Under the pieces are notes generated by a model, which saw only the letters and a program-made list of their open reading frames with translations, had not been told where the DNA came from and did no database searches. DNA of 10,833 nucleotides from a virus. Made by a program: the position numbers and the translations under genes. Numbering within the stretch: the first letter of the stretch is position 1; every line of letters begins with the position of its first letter. Below, one piece after another: positions 1 to 5,433 of this stretch. Location: the IMG/VR virus record IMGVR_UViG_3300027976_000024. One strand, given 5' to 3'.

Positions 1-102
1 AATCCAAGACAAAGATCAAATCCAAGACAAAGATCAAATCCAAGACAAAGATCAAATCCAAATCCAAATCCAAATCCAAGACAAAGATCAAATCCAAGAT
101 CG
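1..102. repeat. Tandem repeat: 18-mer AATCCAAGACAAAGATCA x3 (1-54), AATCCA x3 (55-72), 18-mer again (73-90), degenerate unit 91-102
   Basis: Direct reading. Perfect 18-mer copies, with the 6-mer being the first 6 nt of the 18-mer. No stop codon in any of the three + frames across the repeat. Frame 1 encodes (NPRQRS)n, frame 2 (IQDKDQ)n, frame 3 (SKTKIK)n. Confidence 0.9.
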
Positions 103-198
103 TGGGAAAACGGGTTTCGAGATTATCTTGACAGAATTTTTATTGAAATTAAGAAGACCAAATATGATAAAGTGGATTGGAAGAATGAGGGCTTCTAA
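1..198 (+). CDS. 3' end of a 5'-truncated gene (frame 1) with a repeat-encoded (NPRQRS)n(NP)n stretch and C-terminal ...LDRIFIEIKKTKYDKVDWKNEGF*
   Basis: Open from window edge to TAA 196-198. The C-terminal 23 aa resemble the C-terminus of ORF 2599-2823 (LDEFVRLLQQKNQDKVNWKVEGF). The reading frame is uncertain because frame 2 is also open through the repeat. Confidence 0.35.
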   Translation, partial: NPRQRSNPRQRSNPRQRSNPNPNPNPRQRSNPRSWENGFRDYLDRIFIEIKKTKYDKVDWKNEGF

Positions 199-262
199 TG
201 CTGAACGGTCTTTTAAGACATTTGATCGCAATAAGGTCAATTGGAAGGATGAAGGATTTTGA
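164..262 (+). CDS. Candidate mini-ORF or frame-2 gene end, ...FKTFDRNKVNWKDEGF*. Possible starts are ATG 164 or ATG 185, or it continues from the window edge in frame 2.
   Basis: Frame 2 is open from position 2 to TGA 260-262. The tail NKVNWKDEGF has mostly synonymous differences against the other two tail copies. Its stop overlaps the next start (TGATG at 260-264), and an SD-like GAAGGA sits at 251-256 for the downstream gene. Confidence 0.25.
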   Translation: MIKWIGRMRASNAERSFKTFDRNKVNWKDEGF

Positions 263-468
263 TGACGCCATCTGAAACAATAGAATTTGCACAAAAAATA
301 GACTGTACAGAGATGTATGTTGTGTGTATCGTGCATGATTTAAATATTGTTGAAGAAGAAATTAAGAAGATTAAAGATATGGGGTATGCAGCATATTTGC
401 GTACAACTGCAATGGGAAACGAAATAGTTGTGAGTCAAAAAATTGTTTTCAATGAAAAATGTATATAG
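262..468 (+). CDS. Hypothetical protein, 68 aa (MTPSETIEFAQKIDCTEMYVVCIVHDLNIVEEEIKKIKDMGYAAYLRTTAMGNEIVVSQ...)
   Basis: ATG 262 preceded by GAAGGA at 251-256. TGATG overlap with the upstream ORF stop. No recognisable motif. Confidence 0.5.
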   Translation: MTPSETIEFAQKIDCTEMYVVCIVHDLNIVEEEIKKIKDMGYAAYLRTTAMGNEIVVSQKIVFNEKCI

Positions 469-475
469 GTTTATC

Positions 476-646
476 ATGAAAAATCGCATCATTCCTTCTT
501 TAGTGTTAGCGATGTTAGCTCTGAACCTCGCTTTTTTTGTTTATAAATCCCATACCAGAAAGAGGATAGATCCTCTTCCTGTTGTTGAACTCGATCTTAT
601 TGAAGAACATAAGAAGCCTGAAATCATCCCTGTTGAGAGTTTTTAA
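476..646 (+). CDS. Small single-pass membrane protein, 56 aa (MKNRIIPSLVLAMLALNLAFFVYKSH...)
   Basis: ATG 476 (alternatives ATG 452 or TTG 443 in the same frame). One hydrophobic helix followed by a charged tail. Weak RBS. Confidence 0.4.
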   Translation: MKNRIIPSLVLAMLALNLAFFVYKSHTRKRIDPLPVVELDLIEEHKKPEIIPVESF

Positions 647-725
647 TGAATTCATCCACTGAGCCAATAACAAAATTTGTGCTTGAAAATTTGGAAAAAT
701 TTCATATGCAAAACACATTGTAGGA

Positions 726-754
726 TTGACAAGTCTTAAAAAATATACGATACT
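726..754 (+). promoter_or_regulatory. Candidate sigma70-like promoter: TTGACA (726-731), 17-bp spacer, GATACT (749-754)
   Basis: Perfect -35 hexamer and a 4/6 -10 hexamer at canonical spacing, about 60 bp upstream of the 817 start, in a 170-bp AT-rich gap. Confidence 0.35.
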
Positions 755-816
755 CAAACATGCCGTGATCAATACTGACTTTGTCAGTTCAAGAACTATG
801 TCTAGTGGAGGGTCGA

Positions 817-1437
817 ATGTTTGAGATTTTTCTGTTTGGTACGTTTTGGTTTTGGATGCTCATAGCATTAGAAATTGTCGTGCTGTTTGTGTTCATTGAG
901 AATGAGAATGGGGCGGGTGCCACTGTTTCTATGCTGTTGTTTGGAGCAATGCTTCAGTGGTTTGGGAATGTTGACATAATTCAGTACGTCAAATCCTATC
1001 CTCTTTTTATTCTATCCTGTGCAGGAGCCTATTTCGCACTGGGTGCTGTGTGGGGTGTTATAAAATGGTGGATATTCTGCCGAGATCGACTTGAAGATTA
1101 CGAAGAAGCTCGTGATATCTTTCTAAACGAAAACAAAGTTCCAGCCGGTACAAAAGTCGTGCCAGTTGAATTAAGACTGGCTTGGAAAGCAATACTTGAA
1201 AAAAGTTTTAAGACTGCGAGTCTTGTTGATGTTCCACAGGTTCGGACACACAAAGCTAAGATCATACGATGGATGACCTTTTGGGTCATCTCAATTATCT
1301 GGAGCTTTATCAATGATTTTGTGAAGCGAATCTTCCGCACGATTTACCAAAAGATTTCTAACTTCCTGCAAGGTATTTCGGATAAAATGTTTAGATCGGT
1401 CAAAAACGATTTAGAAATTCCAAATGAAGAAGAATAA
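817..1437 (+). CDS. Multi-pass integral membrane protein (4 predicted TM helices), 206 aa, unknown function
   Basis: ATG 817 with GGAGGG SD at 807-812. The ORF track's TTG 781 start is less likely. Hydrophobic helices FLFGTFWFWMLIALEIVVLFVFI, VSMLLFGAMLQWF, LFILSCAGAYFALGAVWGVIKWWIF and IIRWMTFWVISIIWSFI. Charged C-terminus. Confidence 0.6.
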   Translation: MFEIFLFGTFWFWMLIALEIVVLFVFIENENGAGATVSMLLFGAMLQWFGNVDIIQYVKSYPLFILSCAGAYFALGAVWGVIKWWIFCRDRLEDYEEARDIFLNENKVPAGTKVVPVELRLAWKAILEKSFKTASLVDVPQVRTHKAKIIRWMTFWVISIIWSFINDFVKRIFRTIYQKISNFLQGISDKMFRSVKNDLEIPNEEE

Positions 1438-1593
1438 ACGACAAGCATGATGCACTTCTCAATGATTGAGAAGGTCGATGTCAGGACGACGACTCATCAA
1501 GATGATGAGTAAATCAAGGATGATCTCAAGGATGAGTGGCAGAATGAATCTGCCTTTGGCAAGGATGCCAATTTTTGTAAAACCTACTTAGGT

Positions 1594-1631
1594 GAAAAAA
1601 AGGGAGCGACAATTGTCGCTCCCTTTTTTTG
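1594..1631. terminator. Rho-independent terminator, bidirectional in form: A7, stem GGGAGCGACA / TGTCGCTCCC (1602-1611 / 1614-1623), T7 (1624-1630)
   Basis: Perfect 10-nt inverted repeat with GC-rich base, flanked by A-run and T-run. Confidence 0.8.
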
Positions 1632-1668
1632 TTTGTGCTTTTCGTACATACATGTGGAGGGTACAAAT

Positions 1669-1941
1669 ATGCCAATCAAAAATGAAGTACAAAGTATTAA
1701 AGAATCTTTTCAGTTCTATATTCAACATGAAGATGTGGTCAACATGATGAACGACGCTGATGTTGCATTAGACAACAGGAACGTCGATTCTGGGCAAGTC
1801 TTTGAAGTTTGGTTAGAAAAAGCCAATGGTTCAAAACTTTACTTGCAAAAATTGGGAGCAACTGATAAAATAATGTTTAAGTTCGTTAAGATGACGGAAA
1901 CATCTTCATGGGTTCCGTTCGCCAATATCGACGTATCATAG
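1669..1941 (+). CDS. Hypothetical protein, 90 aa (MPIKNEVQSIKESFQFYIQHEDVVNMMNDADVALDNRNVDSGQVFEVWLEKANGSKLYLQKLG...)
   Basis: ATG 1669 with GGAGGG at 1656-1661 (7-nt spacer), immediately after the terminator. The ORF track's upstream TTG 1633 lies inside the terminator stem region and is rejected. Confidence 0.6.
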   Translation: MPIKNEVQSIKESFQFYIQHEDVVNMMNDADVALDNRNVDSGQVFEVWLEKANGSKLYLQKLGATDKIMFKFVKMTETSSWVPFANIDVS

Positions 1942-1950
1942 GAGGTTATC

Positions 1951-2103
1951 ATGTGGTGTTTAGAAACAATCGTTCGTATGAATCAACAGTCTCAAGAAAG
2001 TTGGTTGAGATCTCATCTCAAGGAGACTCCAGATGCTCCACAAAAAGATGAGAAAAAGCAGAAAAATCAGAACTGCACGACTCATGGACGTGCGGTGAAA
2101 TAA
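1951..2103 (+). CDS. Small basic hypothetical protein, 50 aa (MWCLETIVRMNQQSQESWLRSHLKETPDAPQKDEKKQKNQNCTTHGRAVK)
   Basis: Not in the ORF track (too short). ATG 1951 with GGAGG at 1941-1945, which overlaps the upstream TAG stop. Fills an otherwise empty 210-bp gap. Confidence 0.45.
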   Translation: MWCLETIVRMNQQSQESWLRSHLKETPDAPQKDEKKQKNQNCTTHGRAVK

Positions 2104-2152
2104 TTGGCGAACCTTTTTCGCTTAATGTGGTCAATGTAGCAGGAGAAAAATT

Positions 2153-2599
2153 ATGGCATTTGAAGAATCATTACGACAGCGTATCTCAGGTTTTCCTTAT
2201 GGGTCGCCTGAAAGAAATCTTCTCAAATTGGTTTTGGGAGAGCTTCAACAGAAGGCAACTGTTACTGATGAAATCGCTCATTCCATCGTTAAAAAGATAA
2301 TTAACGGCAATGAAGAAGTCATGGCAATGGTTGATGGTGATGGCAAACTTTTATTGGCAGAAGACGATTCACGACGTGCTCAATACACTCGTGAAAATGA
2401 GCTTTTGGCAGAACTTTTGCCAAAGTATTTAACTGTTGCTCAGATTCGTCAGAGCCTCGAAATTTCTGGTATAGATTTGAAGTCCGATGAAAAGGACGGA
2501 AAAGCTATTGGAAAAGCAATAGAGCATTTTAATAAACTTGCTTTTCCGTTTGAAGGACAGACTGTTAAGGATGTTGTTGTGGAGATGAGGAACAGTTGA
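2153..2599 (+). CDS. YqeY/GatB-C-terminal-domain-like protein, 148 aa
   Basis: AGGAG SD at 2141-2145. Pattern matches the YqeY-like family (PF09424-type). Landmarks line up: NLLKLVLGELQQ..., TDEIAHSIVKKII, ENELLAELLPKYLTVAQIRQSL (the LP-x-Y-L block), KDGKAIGKAIEHFNK, VKDVVVEM. Family call is from memory of the domain consensus. Confidence 0.55.
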   Translation: MAFEESLRQRISGFPYGSPERNLLKLVLGELQQKATVTDEIAHSIVKKIINGNEEVMAMVDGDGKLLLAEDDSRRAQYTRENELLAELLPKYLTVAQIRQSLEISGIDLKSDEKDGKAIGKAIEHFNKLAFPFEGQTVKDVVVEMRNS

Positions 2600-2823
2600 T
2601 GGCTTGGGTTATTTTAACCACAGTCACGATATTCTATACGGGTAAGTTTCTTCTGCTTTCATATGATTTTTTGAAAGTAGAAATTCCAATCACAGTAATT
2701 GAAACGGTTTTGGATAGAGAACTCAGTTTAAACGATTTGACGCCTCAGCAACTTGATGAGTTTGTTCGCCTGTTGCAACAAAAAAACCAAGACAAAGTAA
2801 ATTGGAAAGTAGAAGGATTTTGA
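2599..2823 (+). CDS. Small protein, 74 aa, hydrophobic N-terminus, C-terminal tail ...LDEFVRLLQQKNQDKVNWKVEGF*
   Basis: ATG 2599 overlaps the upstream TGA (TGATG). GAGGAA SD at 2587-2592. Shares the C-terminal tail motif with the ORF ends at 198 and 262. Confidence 0.55.
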   Translation: MAWVILTTVTIFYTGKFLLLSYDFLKVEIPITVIETVLDRELSLNDLTPQQLDEFVRLLQQKNQDKVNWKVEGF

Positions 2824-2851
2824 TTATTGTGCTAAAGAAGGAGGAAGTTCG

Positions 2852-3463
2852 ATGAGCAGTGTATTTGCACGACGAAGATGTCTGGTACTCAATAAAACTT
2901 GGACTCCGGTTGGCACCGTATCTCTGCAAAGAGCAATCATTATGCTGTTTTCAGAATATGGAAACGGCGAGCCAAAGGCTCGTGTTATTGAGCCAGAAAG
3001 CTATCAGACATTTTCATGGAATGAATGGGCGTTACAACAGCCTGTGGAAACAGATGAAGTGATTCAAGGTGCCAATATGGCCTTTAAGGTGCCTGAGATT
3101 ATTCTGTTGACAAGTTATGATCGTCTTCCGCAACCGAAGATTCATTTTTCTCGACGTACTTTGTACAAGAGAGACAATATGCAGTGTCAATACTGTAAAT
3201 GTCGTCCTAAAAGTGAATTTTTGACAATTGACCACGTTAAACCAAAATCAAGGGGTGGAGGAACTACATGGGAAAACTGTGTACTTGCTTGCGTAGAGTG
3301 CAATGCTCGTAAAGCTAACAGAACTCCGTCTGAAGCACGTATGACGTTGCTGAATGAGCCGAAGAAACCACGGGTTCATTTGTTTCGGTACGACTCAATC
3401 AAGCCGGTCAAGTCGTGGGAAGCATTTCTTGGACTTTCCTATTGGTCAGTTAATGAAGAATAA
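2852..3463 (+). CDS. HNH endonuclease (McrA/YisB-like family), 203 aa
   Basis: AAGGAGG SD at 2838-2844. C-terminal HNH/zinc motif QCQYCKCRPKSEFLTIDHVKPKSRGGGTTWENCVLACVECNARKANR. N-terminal LVLNKTWTPVGTVSLQRAIIMLF is typical of this HNH subfamily. Confidence 0.8.
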   Translation: MSSVFARRRCLVLNKTWTPVGTVSLQRAIIMLFSEYGNGEPKARVIEPESYQTFSWNEWALQQPVETDEVIQGANMAFKVPEIILLTSYDRLPQPKIHFSRRTLYKRDNMQCQYCKCRPKSEFLTIDHVKPKSRGGGTTWENCVLACVECNARKANRTPSEARMTLLNEPKKPRVHLFRYDSIKPVKSWEAFLGLSYWSVNEE

Positions 3464-3467
3464 CAAA

Positions 3468-3499
3468 AATCCCTGTCAGATCTCTGACAGGGATTTTTT
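3468..3499. terminator. Bidirectional rho-independent terminator between convergent genes: stem AATCCCTGTCAGA / TCTGACAGGGATT (3468-3480 / 3483-3495) followed by T6, with an A-run upstream
   Basis: 13-nt near-perfect inverted repeat with T-tracts on both strands, sitting between the + gene ending at 3463 and the - gene ending at 3547. Confidence 0.8.
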
Positions 3500-3546
3500 C
3501 GTTAGATTCACACACTTCTAGGCGGCAATATTGTCAAACTGACTCA

Positions 3547-4239
3547 TTACACAGGTCTAAAACGGGGTTCTGGTTTTGGATTTGCAATTTCGTATTCTTT
3601 AATTTTTTCTTTCGCCCAGTCGTTCATTGATGCGATTTCTTCGGACATTTCTCCGTAAAACTTTGTAGTGTCACTTGTTGCATTGTATAGATCGAAAATA
3701 AGTTTCATCATCTTTGGATCGGAATAATCCTTGACAGTTGGTGCTAGTTCTTGAATTGATGCTTTTATTTCTTCAACTGTTTTAATTGCACTTTTTCTGC
3801 TTATTGCAGTAATTGCTTCAACATCTTCTGGACCCGTTGTTTTGTTAGTTTGAATCATTTTGCCACCACGAGTTCTTTCGCCTTTTCTACTGGTTAATCC
3901 AAGTTTTTTTTCTGCAACGGACGCTGCAAGCTTTTCTGCGTATTTCATGTCATTTGCTGTGTCATAAACAGCAAGTTCTGGTCTTTTTTCTTTTCCTTGT
4001 TGCCAATCTCGATTTGAGAGTTCTCTATCTTTAGGAGCCCCCAGATCTATAATATTTTTATCATTTCTTCCCATCTGTCCATCTCTAGGTGTAGCTGGAG
4101 CATGTGGACTAATATTCCTGTTAGAATATTGTGATGGAGACCCTTGTGGACGCATTTCAAGCAAAACAGCTTCATTAAGCTTCGATTGTTGGATATGTTC
4201 GTAGAATTGGTAAAAACTGGTTGTTGGAAAGCTGGACAT
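3547..4239 (-). CDS. Hypothetical protein, 230 aa, largely low-complexity/disordered (S/P/R/K/E-rich) with a helical C-terminal part
   Basis: ATG (complement of 4237-4239) with AGGAG SD 5 nt upstream on the minus strand. No recognisable catalytic motif. Confidence 0.6.
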   Translation of the reverse strand: MSSFPTTSFYQFYEHIQQSKLNEAVLLEMRPQGSPSQYSNRNISPHAPATPRDGQMGRNDKNIIDLGAPKDRELSNRDWQQGKEKRPELAVYDTANDMKYAEKLAASVAEKKLGLTSRKGERTRGGKMIQTNKTTGPEDVEAITAISRKSAIKTVEEIKASIQELAPTVKDYSDPKMMKLIFDLYNATSDTTKFYGEMSEEIASMNDWAKEKIKEYEIANPKPEPRFRPV

Positions 4240-4310
4240 CGTAACTCCTGTCTAAAGATCTTTAAGTTATTTAGACTTGAAATCCAAAAATTGTACCCGG
4301 AAATTAGAAC

Positions 4311-4324
4311 TTTGAACTTTCAAA
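4311..4324. promoter_or_regulatory. Perfect palindrome TTTGAA-CT-TTCAAA in the divergent intergenic region, a candidate operator
   Basis: 6-2-6 inverted repeat located between the divergently transcribed genes 3547-4239 (-) and 4405-5040 (+). Confidence 0.3.
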
Positions 4325-4349
4325 TCTTGTAATTGAGGAGTCAACTGGT

Positions 4350-4378
4350 TTTTCAATGGCTCGCATAAATATTATCAT
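4350..4378 (+). promoter_or_regulatory. Candidate promoter for gene 4405: TTTTCA (4350-4355), 17-bp spacer, TATCAT (4373-4378)
   Basis: 5/6 match to the -10 consensus, weak -35, correct spacing, about 27 nt upstream of ATG 4405. Confidence 0.25.
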
Positions 4379-4404
4379 CATCAAATTTAATAAGGACTAA
4401 ATTC

Positions 4405-5040
4405 ATGAATGTAAATATCCCTGTAATTGAGGCTAAAGTTAGACTCGAATATATGAACCAAAATCTTCCTGAATTTGTAGGTAAGTTTGCTGAATGTCAA
4501 ATTTTTGGGATGGCCTCAATCCCAGGACAGACTCCATTATTTCATTTCCTGTGTGATGATGGCGGCGTTTATTGGAGAATGCCTATTCATGCTTTCTGTT
4601 GGAGAACCGACGCTACAACTCCACTTCTTGAAGATGTAGCTCTGTGGGACTCATTTTCCTATCACGCTTCAGTCTTCACTATTGATATGTTCAAGAACAA
4701 AAGAGTTTCCTATGTGGACCGATCGAAGCATGAACAACAAGGCTGTTATCTGTTTACAATCGATTGGTTTGGAGACAATGGAAAGTCCTATGGATTTTCC
4801 GAAGCACCTGGACAACATAAATGTGGGCACGTTCTGAAACTTGACAACGGTAATTTTGCAATCCAACCCAACAATCGATTGAAGATCTTCGATCCTAATT
4901 TCACAGTTGAAGACGTTTGTTATCCAAGGATGCTGGCGAGAACCTTATATTCATCAGAACAATCTGGGCGATGGCGAACTGCCAATGACGAAAAATATGA
5001 CTATGAGATCCACGATATTAACGGTCGATCCACTACATAA
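4405..5040 (+). CDS. Hypothetical protein, 211 aa (Cys/Trp/His-rich; ...FHFLCDDGGVYWRMPIHAFCW...HKCGHVLKLDNGNF...)
   Basis: ATG 4405 with TAAGGA SD 8 nt upstream. No family recognised. Confidence 0.6.
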   Translation: MNVNIPVIEAKVRLEYMNQNLPEFVGKFAECQIFGMASIPGQTPLFHFLCDDGGVYWRMPIHAFCWRTDATTPLLEDVALWDSFSYHASVFTIDMFKNKRVSYVDRSKHEQQGCYLFTIDWFGDNGKSYGFSEAPGQHKCGHVLKLDNGNFAIQPNNRLKIFDPNFTVEDVCYPRMLARTLYSSEQSGRWRTANDEKYDYEIHDINGRSTT

Positions 5041-5044
5041 AGAT

Positions 5045-5401
5045 ATGCGAAATTTCAAAATTTGGATTGAAGATTCAGTACCTTACAAACAGAAAGATAT
5101 GAGTTTTCTGGATTTTGCAAAAAAAAGACACGATGGAGCAGAGAAAATAAGCATAAATGCAAAGGAAAAAGCTGGCATAGCGATGCTTACATATCACCAC
5201 TTTAACGTGAAACTGCCACATTATAAGAATGCTGCCGATGGGAAATTTGACCTCAAGAAAGCAAACAATGAATACAAATCTGTATGTTCGGAACTTCATT
5301 CATATATGGAAAATATCGGCAAGGTTGATGAAGTTAAATTCCAAAAATTAGTAGGCGAGATAGAAGTTCTTGGCGAATTAATCATTAAAAGTTCAACTTG
5401 A
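5045..5401 (+). CDS. Hypothetical protein, 118 aa (MRNFKIWIEDSVPYKQKDMSFLDFAKKRHDGAEKISINAKEKAGIAMLTYHHFNV...)
   Basis: ATG 5045 lies 4 nt after the TAA of the upstream gene. The ORF-track version starting at 4907 overlaps the upstream gene by 134 nt in another frame and is rejected. Confidence 0.5.
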   Translation: MRNFKIWIEDSVPYKQKDMSFLDFAKKRHDGAEKISINAKEKAGIAMLTYHHFNVKLPHYKNAADGKFDLKKANNEYKSVCSELHSYMENIGKVDEVKFQKLVGEIEVLGELIIKSST

Positions 5402-5433
5402 TCCCCATTGTTATGCCATCGAGAAGTAGCACC

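Noticed and set aside
88-336. Minus-strand 82-aa ORF across the tandem repeat
   Set aside because: It is antisense to repeat DNA that is open in every frame and has no RBS. This is an artefact of repeat composition.
515-772. Minus-strand 85-aa ORF
   Set aside because: It overlaps the plus-strand small membrane ORF and the candidate promoter region. It has no SD, and the neighbouring genes here are on the plus strand.
1098-1340. Minus-strand 80-aa ORF inside the membrane-protein gene
   Set aside because: It is antisense to a well-supported CDS (SD, hydrophobic periodicity), which makes it a typical shadow ORF.
1633-1668. TTG 1633 start for ORF 1633-1941
   Set aside because: The TTG lies immediately after the terminator T-tract. 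The in-frame ATG 1669 has a GGAGGG SD at ideal spacing.
2723-3235. Track ORFs 2723-2929 (-), 2859-3062 (+) and 3032-3235 (-)
   Set aside because: All three overlap the HNH endonuclease CDS, which has clear catalytic motifs and the best SD in the window. They are shadow or alternate-frame ORFs.
4144-4332. Plus-strand 62-aa ORF
   Set aside because: It overlaps the 5' end and the SD of the minus gene 3547-4239, and the divergent promoter region.
4907-5044. Upstream extension of ORF 4907-5401
   Set aside because: It would overlap gene 4405-5040 by 134 nt in another frame. ATG 5045, directly after the upstream stop, is the parsimonious start.
4669-5299. Minus-strand ORFs 4669-4866 and 5075-5299
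   Set aside because: They are antisense to the two plus-strand CDSs and have no RBS.
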